Assembly (NCBI GenBank): GCA_963823665.1
Contig: CAWGMQ010000005.1
Span: forward strand, 1,632,001 to 1,696,000
Reading direction: 5' to 3'
DNA: 64,000 nt
DNA from: an uncultured Planctomycetota bacterium
GTDB lineage: Bacteria > Planctomycetota > Planctomycetia > Isosphaerales > Isosphaeraceae
Shown here: piece by piece, positions 43,009 through 53,261 of the stretch
How positions within the stretch are numbered: the first letter of the stretch is position 1
How the letters are laid out: the number at the start of each line of letters is the position of its first letter
The notes under the pieces: model-generated
Database searches by the model: none
The model's input: the letters and a program-made list of their open reading frames with translations, nothing else
What the model was told of the DNA's origin: nothing
Translations under genes and position numbers: made by a program

Positions 43009-44427
43009 ATGCGACAAGCTGCTCTTCTCCGGTCGCCTGGACCAATCGTGCTCGGGTGTCGCGTTGTTGTTCTCTTGATCGCGGCTGCGCCGGCCTGTGC
43101 TCGAGCGCAAGTTCCCGTCGGAGTCGCAGTCGAAGACATCACTCCGGATTACCCGATTCGCTTGATGGGCTATGGCAGCCGGAAGACCGAGTCCGCTGGA
43201 ATCGCCAGCAGGCTCAAGGCCCGCGCCCTGGCAATCGGCGCTGATCAAAGCGCGGACGGCGGGCCCGCGGTCCTGGTGGCCGTCGACAACTGTGCTGTCG
43301 GAGCCAACGTGACGGAAGAAGTGGCGACGCGCCTCAAGAACAAGGTCGGTCTGAAACGCGAGCGATTCGCCGTCTGCTCGACCCACACCCATTGCGCACC
43401 CGCGCTCAACAGCGAGCTGGACTTCATCTTCGGCACTCCAATTCCCGACGACCAGAAAGCTCGGATTGCACGCTACACGCGCGAGTTGACCGACGCGATC
43501 GAAAAGGTCGCGCTCGCTGCGCTCGCGGCCCGGTCACCAGCTAGCCTGTCGTGGGGCCAGGGGCAGGTCGGCTTCGCGGCGAATCGGCGGGTCTTGAAAG
43601 ACGGTCGCTGGATCAACTTCGGTGTCAATCCTAACGGACCGGTGGACCATAGCCTGCCCGTGCTCCGGGCCGTTGACGCCTCCGGTAAGGTCCAAGCCGT
43701 GCTCTTCGGCTACGCTTGCCACTGCACAACCTTGGGGGGCGAGTTCAACCAGATCTGCGCCGAGTGGACCGGCTACGCCTGCGACGAGATCGAGCGCCAG
43801 TTTCCCGGCTCGACCGCGCTTGCGATCATCGGCTGCGGAGCAGACGCGAATCCCGAGCCGCGCCGTAATCTCGACGACGCCAAGCAGCACGGACTCTCCG
43901 CCGCGCGCGAGGTCGAGCGCCTCGTCAAGTCGACCGTCACACCGCTGCCGGCCACGATCGACGCCCGCGCTCGCAAGCTCGACCTTCCACTTGAGCCGCC
44001 TCCAGACCGCGCCACCCTCGAGCGGCGAGCCCAGATTTCAGGTTCTGAAGGTTTCCTTGCCAGGAGTCTCATCGCGCGCCTCGATCGCGGCGAATCTCTC
44101 GAAACCCACGTTCCTTACTCGGTCCAAACCTGGTGCTTCGGCGATGATCTCGCCATGATCTTTCTCCCTGGCGAAGTGGTCGTAGACTATGCCCTCCGGC
44201 TCAAGTGGGAAATCGACCAGCGCCGTATCTGGGTCGTCGCCTACAGCAATGACGTTCCTTGCTACATCCCGTCGCGGCGCATTCTGAGCGAAGGCGGCTA
44301 CGAGGCCGATCTCTCCATGGTCTTCTACGGACACCCCGCGCGATTCGCTCCTGCCACAGAAGACTTGATTATTCAGACCGTCCACGCGCTTCTGCCCGCG
44401 CCCTTCGACGGGCCGCGAAAGCCCTGA
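43009..44427 (+). CDS. Neutral/alkaline ceramidase-like protein
   Basis: DITP...LMGYGSR, STHTHCAP, YACHCT, GCGADANP, PGEVVVDY, EGGYE. Confidence 0.8.
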   Translation: MRQAALLRSPGPIVLGCRVVVLLIAAAPACARAQVPVGVAVEDITPDYPIRLMGYGSRKTESAGIASRLKARALAIGADQSADGGPAVLVAVDNCAVGANVTEEVATRLKNKVGLKRERFAVCSTHTHCAPALNSELDFIFGTPIPDDQKARIARYTRELTDAIEKVALAALAARSPASLSWGQGQVGFAANRRVLKDGRWINFGVNPNGPVDHSLPVLRAVDASGKVQAVLFGYACHCTTLGGEFNQICAEWTGYACDEIERQFPGSTALAIIGCGADANPEPRRNLDDAKQHGLSAAREVERLVKSTVTPLPATIDARARKLDLPLEPPPDRATLERRAQISGSEGFLARSLIARLDRGESLETHVPYSVQTWCFGDDLAMIFLPGEVVVDYALRLKWEIDQRRIWVVAYSNDVPCYIPSRRILSEGGYEADLSMVFYGHPARFAPATEDLIIQTVHALLPAPFDGPRKP

Positions 44428-44429
44428 GC

Positions 44430-45284
44430 TCACACGCCCATCCGCTCCCCTGCCTCGCCCATTCGGGCATCAAGCAATTCCAGCGCCTCGAGCGCACCCA
44501 TCTGCAACGAAATATGTCCGCCAGGGACCTCGGCTTCCCGGGCATTGATGCGGATCAATGTCCCGTTGAAGTTGCGAGCGATGTCCTCACACACTCGTCG
44601 CACGGTCGGTATTGCCCGCCCTGCCCCACACTCGATGATCGTCAGGCGTGCGCCGCCAAGTGTGCCCAGCCACTCGCTCATCTGCCGCATCTGGCGATCG
44701 GTCCGTGTGGAATGCCAGTCGAAATCCCCAAACATCAAGATATTGGGCCGCGCGACGGCACCACATTTTGGGCACTCTGGCAATGGCGCAACGGCCCGCA
44801 TCGTGTCCGGGTTAACCGCCACTCGGATTGGCTCTCCTGGAAAGATCCCCACTCCACAGTCGACACTGCATTGCATGCCATCGAAGCTGCCGTGGACCTC
44901 GACGACTTGCTCTGCCAGGAATCCCGATCGCTGAAAGTGCCCGTCCACATTCGAGGTGAACACGAATGCGCCATTGCGCAATCGATTGGACCAGCCTCTG
45001 AGAATTCCGAAGCCCCGATGCGGCTCGGTGCGCCGGTAAAGCTCCATCCGGTGCCCGTAGAAGCCCCAGGCCAGGGTTGGATCCTCCACGAACCAGCGCG
45101 GATTCGCCAGCGAGACAAAGTCGAGCCCCAACCGCTCGTACGGCGGATAAGCCCGCCAGAATCCTTGATTCCCCCGGAAGTCCGGCAGACCGCTGTCGAC
45201 ACCCATCCCGGCGCCGGCGCCCAGCAGAATCGCGTCGGAAGCAGCAATCGTACTTGCAGCGATGTCGAGAGCCTGCTCGATCAT
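44430..45284 (-). CDS. Sir2-family NAD-dependent deacylase
   Basis: GAGAGMGVDSGLPDFRG, TSNVDGHF, EVHGS, CPKC..RPNILMFGD. Confidence 0.92.
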   Translation of the reverse strand: MIEQALDIAASTIAASDAILLGAGAGMGVDSGLPDFRGNQGFWRAYPPYERLGLDFVSLANPRWFVEDPTLAWGFYGHRMELYRRTEPHRGFGILRGWSNRLRNGAFVFTSNVDGHFQRSGFLAEQVVEVHGSFDGMQCSVDCGVGIFPGEPIRVAVNPDTMRAVAPLPECPKCGAVARPNILMFGDFDWHSTRTDRQMRQMSEWLGTLGGARLTIIECGAGRAIPTVRRVCEDIARNFNGTLIRINAREAEVPGGHISLQMGALEALELLDARMGEAGERMGV

Positions 45285-45358
45285 CTTCTCTGAGCGGATG
45301 CCGGATTATGCCCGATCAACACTCACCTGTACCACGATCTGATCGAGCGAAGGATTGT

Positions 45359-47089
45359 TCATTTTTTCTTGGACCACACAGCAGTCAAGTCGTCCGACGC
45401 CTGATCGCGGATTCCATTGTCCGAGAGAATCTCATCGGTCGCCTTCAAGGCCTCCTGATGGTCGAAGACAATCGTCTCGCAAGCCTTGTCGTCGAATGAG
45501 ATCGTCGTGAATTTCTCCTTTGAGTCACGCAAGACCTCGACGAAATGCCGAAGGTTCTTGATCCGGATTCCGTTCACTTCCTTGACTATCTTTGTGAACG
45601 GATCATCATACCCTTTTCCAAGGCGATGCGGGAAAATGGGTGACGACACGATCACCAGTTCCTCGCCCTCGAACTTCGGCAGGTCGCCGCGCCGCAAGGC
45701 AAGCGGGCTTTCGATCACCGCGAGCTGGTAAAACCTCCCTGCCAGTGCGGACACGAATTCATTCGAGACCGGCGAGAAGACGAGCGGACCATAGATGAAA
45801 TACGACGGGTACCGTCCCTTGAGCGAGCTCATGAGAATCGGATACTTCTGTTTTGCCGGCACATCGATCGAGAGCGTTTTCCCATCGCGCACCACGGTCA
45901 TCGGCACCTTGCCGTCCTTCGTGACCTTCTGGACCAGGTACTCAAACTTGAGTCGCAGATTATCTTTGATCTTCACGAAGCCCGTGTTGTCGATCTCGTG
46001 GTCGGCGATCTTGGTCAGAACGTCGAATGGCTTGAGCGGATGCTTGGGCTCGCCCGGATCCGTCGAGTGAACGACCATTCCCTGAATCTTCTTGTCAAGC
46101 TTCAAAAACGCCCGGAGAGCGTCATTTTCGAGGGTCTGCAGCGATTCGTGCATGGCGGGCTTGCCGTCGTAATGCCCATCGGCAACGTCCTTGAGAAACA
46201 GGTCGATCTCCTCGCCCGGAATGATGTAGCCAATATTCTCAGCCCCTCTGCCGAGCTTGCTGAAAATCAGCCCGACCATCTTGCCGTCAACGATCGCCGG
46301 TCCGCCGCTGTTACCGGGATTGATCGCCGCATCGACCTGAACGCGCACACCCGAGACGCCTTCCCCGTATGCTGCGAATTCGATCCTTGAAACAATTCCC
46401 TTGGTGACCGACTGGGTCGACCCCCCCTGCGGATATCCGTAAACGAGGACCGTATCCTTCACCTCCGGCAGAGCCTCCGTGCGCACAACAGGGCTTCGCT
46501 TGTCAAAGAACGACTCATCTTCCAGCCGAAGCACCGCCAGGTCGATTCCTGGAGCAACCGCCTCGACTTTTGCGGGCAGTTTGTCGCTCGATTGATTGGT
46601 CTCGACGAAGAGCTGGCTCGCGTAGAGCACGACGTGCGCATTCGTCAAAATTCGCTTGCCGTCGATGATCACCCCAGTGCCACTCGCTTCCTGCGGGCTG
46701 TGCTTTGTCCACGGATGAATCATCTCCGGGTACCGCAGCGACGCGCTGATCTTCACGACCGATTCGCGGATCTTGCTTTCCGTTTCCTCGCTCTTGACGG
46801 GGTCTTGCCCCCAGGAGCCCGAAGCCCTCGCGGGTAAGGCCGACACCGCCGTCAAGGCCGCTAGCGCGAGAGTCGTGGCTGTCATCCAACCCGGAATCAA
46901 CGGTCGCATGTTCATCATCTGGCTCGCTCGGTGGTGGTTGTGCCTCAATCGTGAACGACCTCCGCCCCGCCGAACCGAGTCGATCACGCCAGGAGACGCG
47001 GTTGATCCGTTCCGGCAAAACGCCGGCATCACGGCGAACGAATGATCGATGCCCAACATATCGCGACTCATCTTATCCCCTCGTTTCAC
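45359..47089 (-). CDS. Trypsin-like HtrA/Deg serine protease with PDZ domains (start likely near 46918)
   Basis: LTNAHVV, IDLAVL and AINPGNSGGP catalytic-triad motifs. Confidence 0.92.
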   Translation of the reverse strand: MKRGDKMSRDMLGIDHSFAVMPAFCRNGSTASPGVIDSVRRGGGRSRLRHNHHRASQMMNMRPLIPGWMTATTLALAALTAVSALPARASGSWGQDPVKSEETESKIRESVVKISASLRYPEMIHPWTKHSPQEASGTGVIIDGKRILTNAHVVLYASQLFVETNQSSDKLPAKVEAVAPGIDLAVLRLEDESFFDKRSPVVRTEALPEVKDTVLVYGYPQGGSTQSVTKGIVSRIEFAAYGEGVSGVRVQVDAAINPGNSGGPAIVDGKMVGLIFSKLGRGAENIGYIIPGEEIDLFLKDVADGHYDGKPAMHESLQTLENDALRAFLKLDKKIQGMVVHSTDPGEPKHPLKPFDVLTKIADHEIDNTGFVKIKDNLRLKFEYLVQKVTKDGKVPMTVVRDGKTLSIDVPAKQKYPILMSSLKGRYPSYFIYGPLVFSPVSNEFVSALAGRFYQLAVIESPLALRRGDLPKFEGEELVIVSSPIFPHRLGKGYDDPFTKIVKEVNGIRIKNLRHFVEVLRDSKEKFTTISFDDKACETIVFDHQEALKATDEILSDNGIRDQASDDLTAVWSKKK

Positions 47090-47226
47090 GCCTGGGTAGA
47101 GAAGTGTGCGAAGTCGCCGGTTCTCCGTTGCGTGATGCCACGCCAGGGTCTAATCTCGAATTCGCAATGAACTTCGGTAATTCTGGATCGGTCTCTGGCT
47201 TTCACCACTGTGAGGAGCCGCGAACG

Positions 47227-48972
47227 ATGACACTCCGCACGATGATCCTAATCCTGCCGCTTGGTCTCTGCCTGGGCTCGTTCGAGGTCGCCGCTCAGGA
47301 AGGTGCCGCCGGCACCCAACCGGCGTCCAAAGCCGCTGCCGCGCTCGCGCGAACCGATTGGCGCGCGGCAGGCAAAGACGGCGCAGTGGCCGCCGGCGGC
47401 CTGGGTGCCGTCGAAGCGGGGCTCGAGATCTTGAAGGCGGGCGGAAACGCCGCCGACTCGGCCGCGGCAACGATCTTCGCCTTGAGCGTGACCGACTCGC
47501 GATCGTTCTGCTTCGGCGGCGAAGTCCCGATCCTCATCTATGACGCCAAGCACCAGACCGTAACCGTCATCGACGGCCAGGGCGCTGCCCCGCGACTGGC
47601 GACGCTCGACCACTTCAAAGCCACTGGCGGCATTCCCGCAAAGGGAATCGAGCCCGCGGCCGTTCCCGCCGCACTCGATGCCTGCCTCACCTTGCTCGAC
47701 CGCTTCGGCACAATGACCTTCACCCAGGTGATCGCTCCTGCGAAAAAGCTGCTCCGCAACCGCGAGCGCCCCGAGCCCTGGCACGCCGACTTGCTCCGCA
47801 CGCTCGAGATCCTTGAGGCCGCCGAGATTCAGCCCGGCCCGGCTTCCGGCGCCGTCCCCGCCTCGCAGCCCGACCGCTCGCGCGGCATCCGCCTGGTCGC
47901 CGACGCTTTTTATCGCGGACCGATCGCCCGTCGCATCGACGCCTGGGCCCGCGACAAAGGCTCCTTGATCCGCTACGTCGACCTGGCCACCCACGCAACA
48001 CGTATCGAAGAACCCGTCGCAATCAACTACCGCGGCTTGACCGTCTACAAGTGCGGCGTTTGGACTCAGGGGCCCGCGCTGCTCGAATCTCTCCAGCTTC
48101 TCGAAGGATTCGACCTGAAAGCCATGGGACATAACCGTCCCGACGCGATTCACACGATCGCCGAGACCATCAAGCTCGCTTTCGCCGACCGCGACACCTA
48201 TTATGCGGACCCCCACTTTGCGGAAGTGCCGCTCGCGCCACTGCTCGACCCGCAATACGCCGCAGTTCGCCGCGGACTGATCGACCCCCAGCACGCCTCG
48301 CTCGAGCGCCGGCCCGGCGACCCTCGTTCGAAGAAGCCCCTGCTCGACCCGGCTGTTGACCCCGCCGGCCGGCACTTGCCTCGCCCCCTCGCCGACGCAC
48401 GCGACACGACCACCTGTCTGGTCGCCGACCGCTTCGGCAACGTGGTGGCCGCCACACCCAGCGGCTGGTCGGGAGTTGTGGCCGGCGACACAGGCGTGTG
48501 GCTGGGCAGCCGCCTCCAGAGTTTCAACACATGGGACGATCATCCCAATGTCATCGCCCCGGGCAAGCGCCCGCGCATCACGCTCTCGCCAACCCTTGTT
48601 CTCAAGGGAAACCGGCCCGTACTGGCCGTCAGCGTCGCCGGCGGCGACAACCAGGACCAGATGACACTCCAGCTCTTGCTCAATCATTTCGATTTCGAGC
48701 TCGAGCCGGCCGCCTCGGTCGTCGCCCCTCGCTTCATGTCCGATCATTTCATCAACTCGTTCCGCCAAAGCCCCCCCGCGCTCGGCCGGCTGCGCATCAA
48801 CCCCGATGTCGGCAGCGACATCCTCGAAGCCCTCAAATCTCGCGGCCATATCTTGAGCATCAACACCGGGGCGCTGAGCGCCGCACCGTGCGTCATCAGC
48901 CTCGACCCCGCCACTGGAAAGCTCACGACCGCTGGAGACCCGCGTGCCGGCCGGCACGCACTGGCGTACTGA
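47227..48972 (+). CDS. ggt: Gamma-glutamyltransferase family protein
   Basis: GGNAADSA, LAFADRD, DTTTCLVADRFGN (Thr nucleophile), PGKRPRITLSP, GDPR. Confidence 0.9.
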   Translation: MTLRTMILILPLGLCLGSFEVAAQEGAAGTQPASKAAAALARTDWRAAGKDGAVAAGGLGAVEAGLEILKAGGNAADSAAATIFALSVTDSRSFCFGGEVPILIYDAKHQTVTVIDGQGAAPRLATLDHFKATGGIPAKGIEPAAVPAALDACLTLLDRFGTMTFTQVIAPAKKLLRNRERPEPWHADLLRTLEILEAAEIQPGPASGAVPASQPDRSRGIRLVADAFYRGPIARRIDAWARDKGSLIRYVDLATHATRIEEPVAINYRGLTVYKCGVWTQGPALLESLQLLEGFDLKAMGHNRPDAIHTIAETIKLAFADRDTYYADPHFAEVPLAPLLDPQYAAVRRGLIDPQHASLERRPGDPRSKKPLLDPAVDPAGRHLPRPLADARDTTTCLVADRFGNVVAATPSGWSGVVAGDTGVWLGSRLQSFNTWDDHPNVIAPGKRPRITLSPTLVLKGNRPVLAVSVAGGDNQDQMTLQLLLNHFDFELEPAASVVAPRFMSDHFINSFRQSPPALGRLRINPDVGSDILEALKSRGHILSINTGALSAAPCVISLDPATGKLTTAGDPRAGRHALAY

Positions 48973-48975
48973 AGC

Positions 48976-49860
48976 TCAGTCCATCAGCACAAACGACAAC
49001 TGCCGCTGCATCTCCGTGACGAGCTCGGATTCCGGCGGCAAGATCTGAAAAATCGCCAGCATGGTCTGGCGGGCTTGTTCACCGATTGGTCTCTTGCGAT
49101 CGCGCTCGACCAGCTCCAGGCACAGGCCGAGGGCATCGGAATACTGACCTGCTGCTGCCAGCGCTTCCGCAAGCTGCAACTTCAGTTTCAGGTCACCAGG
49201 ATTGGCCACAAGCGCCGCCCGTGCTTCCTCCAGCGGAGCGCCGCCGGCTTCCTGGGCCTGCAGCCGCAATGTCACCTCGGCCTTCAGCCTCTCGGCCTCG
49301 GGCCCAAGATAGCCACTGCGCTCGAGGCTCGCGATCTGCGCCTGAGCATCTTCAAATCGCCCCTGCTCGAGCGCAATCCTCGCCAGCCCGATCCGCGCCG
49401 CCGGGAGATCCGGGTCGAACGACAGTGCAGAATTGTACCGCGCAAGGGCGGCATTCAGATCGGTCGCCTCCAGCTCCTGCGCGTGTGCCGCGATCTGCTC
49501 GGCGGGCGAGGGTAACAGCCGGTCGAGCCACGCCCGGATTGCCGCCTCGGATTGCAAGCCCACAAACCCGTCGACGGCTTTGCCTTCCCGTACACCGAAA
49601 ACAGCCGGAATCGACCGAACCCCGAACTGCGCGGCCAGCCCCGGCTCGCGCTCGGTGTCGACCTTGGCCAGCACAAATTTCCCTGCGTACTCCGTCGCCA
49701 GCTTCTCCAAGAGCGGACCGAGGCGGACGCACGGGCCGCACCACGACGCCCAGAAATCCACCACCACCGGCACGGTCCGCGATTGCTCGATCACAGCGTG
49801 CTCGAAGTTCTCAGCATTGACCTCGATCACGTACGCAGAAGTCGTATTCGCATCGCCCAT
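48976..49860 (-). CDS. Thioredoxin + TPR chaperedoxin (CnoX/YbbN-like)
   Basis: VVDFWASWCGPC followed by TPR-like helices. Confidence 0.9.
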   Translation of the reverse strand: MGDANTTSAYVIEVNAENFEHAVIEQSRTVPVVVDFWASWCGPCVRLGPLLEKLATEYAGKFVLAKVDTEREPGLAAQFGVRSIPAVFGVREGKAVDGFVGLQSEAAIRAWLDRLLPSPAEQIAAHAQELEATDLNAALARYNSALSFDPDLPAARIGLARIALEQGRFEDAQAQIASLERSGYLGPEAERLKAEVTLRLQAQEAGGAPLEEARAALVANPGDLKLKLQLAEALAAAGQYSDALGLCLELVERDRKRPIGEQARQTMLAIFQILPPESELVTEMQRQLSFVLMD

Positions 49861-50190
49861 AGGTAATGTATTCCCGTTCGGGTCGCTCTGATCGGAGCGA
49901 GCGCGCCTGATGACCTACCACAGATCGCCGTGTCCGGCCGATCGCCCTTCTTGTGCTGCATTCGAACATCCTTCATGATATAAAAGAAGAGGATGCTCGG
50001 AAACAAACGCCCGCCTCGGCATCCGGCCCGGAGTTTTTCTGGACCTCGCCCGCCCCTTTTCACCGGACCACACCCCGCGCAAGCTCGAAAACAACGACTT
50101 GCTTTGCCCCGGCGCGGCCTCCCGCGCCGGGCGTTTCCCTGGTCGAGTTGAGACGCGAAAATGGTTCTGAGCCGTAGGAGTGAAACACCC

Positions 50191-51039
50191 ATGAACCGCC
50201 GCTTCCCACACCAGCAAACGGCTGCACTCGCCGTCGTTTTCGTCCTCCCGATCCTCGCCGCTTGGGCGCAATCGGCGAGCGCAGATTCTCCCTTCCCCGA
50301 TAAAAACCTCGAAGCCGCCATTCGCGACGTTCTCAAGCACGAGCCCAAGGTTGAGCTCACCGACGAAAAGCTCCTCGACATCTATTTCCTCGAAGCACCC
50401 GGCAAGGAGATCAAGGATTTGAAGGGCCTCGAGAAATGCAAAAACCTGGCCCTGATCAAACTCACCAAGAACAAGATCGCCGATTTGAAGCCACTCAAGG
50501 ATCTCGCCAACCTCCAATCGCTCGACCTGGCCCAGAACGAAATCAAGGACATCGCCCCCCTGGCCGGTCTCAAAGCCTTGCAATACATCGAGCTGTCCGG
50601 AAACAAGATCGAGAAGATCGACGCCCTCAAGGACCTGACCGCCTTGAACTCTTTGTACCTCGGCAACAACCAGATCAAGGATATTTCCCCTCTCGCCGCC
50701 TTGAACAAGGTATGGACCCTCTCGGCGCCCAAGAACCAGATCAAGGACATCTCGGTCCTCTCCAAGATCACCAAGCTCCAGACGATCGACTTGCAGGACA
50801 ACAAGATCGAGGACTCCACTCCGCTCGCCAAGCAAACCGAGCTGAAGCTCTTGATGATCGAAAGGAACGAGATCAAGGATCTGAAGCCATTGGTCGACGC
50901 GGCCAAGGCCGACTCGGCCGGTCCCAAGAAATTCGCACCTTATCTGCACGTGTATTTCGCCGGCAACCCGCTGCCGGAAAAAACGAAGGCAGACCAGACC
51001 AAAGCGCTCAAGGATGCCGAGGTCCGGATCGAGGAGTGA
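50191..51039 (+). CDS. Secreted leucine-rich repeat (internalin-like) protein
   Basis: FPDKNLEAAIR cap and 22-aa LRRs; signal peptide. Confidence 0.92.
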   Translation: MNRRFPHQQTAALAVVFVLPILAAWAQSASADSPFPDKNLEAAIRDVLKHEPKVELTDEKLLDIYFLEAPGKEIKDLKGLEKCKNLALIKLTKNKIADLKPLKDLANLQSLDLAQNEIKDIAPLAGLKALQYIELSGNKIEKIDALKDLTALNSLYLGNNQIKDISPLAALNKVWTLSAPKNQIKDISVLSKITKLQTIDLQDNKIEDSTPLAKQTELKLLMIERNEIKDLKPLVDAAKADSAGPKKFAPYLHVYFAGNPLPEKTKADQTKALKDAEVRIEE

Positions 51040-51041
51040 TC

Positions 51042-52526
51042 TCAACGCATCTCCGCAACCGCCTGGGGCGCCTCGTCCGACACGACTGACGTTGTCGCGT
51101 CAGGAAGCCGGACGACGAACCGGCTTCCGTGCCCGGGCTCGCTTTCTGCGCGGACGGTTCCGCCGAAGACGGTCGCGATCCGCTCTACCACTGCCAGGCC
51201 CAACCCCACGCCGGGCCGCCGGCGAGATTTCGCGGAACGATAGAATGGCTCGAAGACATGCGCCAGATCAGCGGGGTCGATCCCGGGACCTTGGTCCTGT
51301 ACCGCCAGTGTCACGTACTCTCCCTCCCGCCCAACCTCGACCATGATCGGCATCTCCCCGGGGCTGTACTTGCAGGCGTTGTCCAGAAGGTTGTCGAGCA
51401 ACTGCCCCAGAAGCTGTGGCTGCACCTGCACCCATGCCGGAGGGTCCGTCGTGACGCTTTCTCTTATTTCTTGACGTTGCTCGCCGCCGCAACGGCACGC
51501 CAGACGCTCACGCACCCAGAGCACCAGCTCGACCGGTTCCAGCTCCGGCGTCCCGGCCTCGCTCTCCGCCCGGGCCATGAACAGCAGCGATTCCACGATT
51601 TGACGCAGCCGCAGCGCCTCGCCGTGCACCTCGTCCAGCACTCGCCGGTACTCTTCCACCGAGCGTTCACGTCGCCGCGCAACCTCGAGCTGGCCCAGCA
51701 GTGCCGCCAGCGGCGTGCGCAGTTGATGCGAGGCATCGCCCGTAAACCGCTTCTGCCGTTCGAATTCCTGGTGCAGGCGGTCGAGCAACCCGTTGAACGA
51801 ACCAGCCAGCAGATCCAGCTCGTCACCCGTTCCCGGAATCGGAAGACGCTGGTCACCGTCGGCCATCGACATCGAGCCCGCAGCCTTCGCCATCCGCGTC
51901 ACCGGCAGCAAGGCCCGCTTGCAAAGCCGCCAGCCCACCAGCGCCGCGAGCAGCCAAAAAACAATCGACAGAGTAGTGAGCACAAGTGCCACGTTCCTCA
52001 GGCCCGCCTCCACAGGTTCCAGCGAGGCGACCGTCGAGAGCACCAGCGACCGCGGTTCGTTCGTTGTTTCCGGCGGCGCGCTATCCGTCCGGTTCACTCC
52101 AGCGGTGACTGGCCCGGCGTGGATGCGCCTCAGGGCAGCTCGCCAGCGCCTTCCACGACTGTCCGTGTGCGTTTCATGCGAATGTCCCGCCCTCGGAGCG
52201 AGCCTGGCGAGCGCCATCAGGTCGGCAAGCTCAACGTCCCAGGTGCGGTCAACGGTCGTTCCCGCGTGGTCGGTCACCAGCCAGAACACCGGGGTTTCGT
52301 CGGGCTGGACCACCAAGACTTCAGGCGCGCGCGCCGGGTTCCACTCGACCCGGCCCGGGTCGACGTCGACCGAAGTCGTAAGCATGTCAAGCGCCAGACC
52401 CAGGCGCTCGTCGAGGTCACGGTGCAAATGGGCGCTCGAAAGCAGATACAACGTCACCGACACGCCCGAGAGCACCAGCGCCAGCGTCGCCAGAAAAAAA
52501 CCGCACACCCGCGCTGCCAGACTCAT
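51042..52526 (-). CDS. Sensor histidine kinase (HAMP-HisKA-HATPase)
   Basis: DASHQLRTPL, NLLDNACKY, DQGPGI, GLGLA. Confidence 0.95.
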   Translation of the reverse strand: MSLAARVCGFFLATLALVLSGVSVTLYLLSSAHLHRDLDERLGLALDMLTTSVDVDPGRVEWNPARAPEVLVVQPDETPVFWLVTDHAGTTVDRTWDVELADLMALARLAPRAGHSHETHTDSRGRRWRAALRRIHAGPVTAGVNRTDSAPPETTNEPRSLVLSTVASLEPVEAGLRNVALVLTTLSIVFWLLAALVGWRLCKRALLPVTRMAKAAGSMSMADGDQRLPIPGTGDELDLLAGSFNGLLDRLHQEFERQKRFTGDASHQLRTPLAALLGQLEVARRRERSVEEYRRVLDEVHGEALRLRQIVESLLFMARAESEAGTPELEPVELVLWVRERLACRCGGEQRQEIRESVTTDPPAWVQVQPQLLGQLLDNLLDNACKYSPGEMPIMVEVGREGEYVTLAVQDQGPGIDPADLAHVFEPFYRSAKSRRRPGVGLGLAVVERIATVFGGTVRAESEPGHGSRFVVRLPDATTSVVSDEAPQAVAEMR

Positions 52527-53224
52527 TCCTGGTCCTCCTCGGGCGCGCCGGGGTCATCGCCCAGCAAGTAGCCGCGGCCTCGCAAGGTATGAATCAGCCG
52601 GTCGCCATGAGCCTCGAGCTTGCGCCGCAGCTCCTTGACGTGCACGTACAGCGTGTTCGAATAGCCATCGAATCGCTCAGACCACACATGCTCATAGATC
52701 CGCGTGCGCGAAAGCACCTGGCCGCGATGCCGCAGCAAGAAGACGAGCAATGAATACTCCCTGTTTGTTAGCGACAGCGGATGCCCGTTGCGCTCGGCTC
52801 GCCCCGTCGCCAGGTCGACGACCAGATCTCGAAACGAAACCAACGTCCCCTCGGGCAGGTCCCGGCGCCGCACCAGTGCTCGAACCCTCGCCAGCAGCTC
52901 CTCGAAGGCAAACGGCTTGGCCAGGTAATCGTCGGCCCCCGCGTCCAGCCCACGCACCCGGTCCGATACGGCGTCGCGCGCGGTCAGGAACAGCACGGGG
53001 GTGCTTCGGTCGGACTGCCGCAACCGCTGGAGCAGAGCCAAGCCATCCTGGTCGGGAAGCCACCAATCCAGCAGAATCAGGTTCCACTCGCCCGTCCGAA
53101 GTGCGTGCCAGGCGGTTGTCCCGTCGCCGGCATGCTCGACCACATATCCTTCCTCGCGCAGCCCGCGCACCAGAAAGTCCGCGATGTTCGTCTCATCCTC
53201 GACAACCAATATTCGGATGCTCAT
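52523..53224 (-). CDS. OmpR-family response regulator
   Basis: ILVVED, LILLD, GADDYLAKPF, IHTLRGRGY. Confidence 0.95.
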   Translation of the reverse strand: MSIRILVVEDETNIADFLVRGLREEGYVVEHAGDGTTAWHALRTGEWNLILLDWWLPDQDGLALLQRLRQSDRSTPVLFLTARDAVSDRVRGLDAGADDYLAKPFAFEELLARVRALVRRRDLPEGTLVSFRDLVVDLATGRAERNGHPLSLTNREYSLLVFLLRHRGQVLSRTRIYEHVWSERFDGYSNTLYVHVKELRRKLEAHGDRLIHTLRGRGYLLGDDPGAPEEDQE

Positions 53225-53261
53225 GGGTTAGCCTCTCCTCGTATCGGTCTGCCGGATCGCC

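Noticed and set aside
40730..43045. 771-aa minus-strand ORF, and similar long antisense ORFs at 38842..39969, 47248..48957, 49915..51045 and 54201..55478
   Set aside because: Antisense shadows of well-supported genes in high-GC DNA.
44430..45284. Sirtuin as an anti-phage SIR2 effector
   Set aside because: It is a stand-alone classical deacylase with a zinc-binding insert in a housekeeping context.
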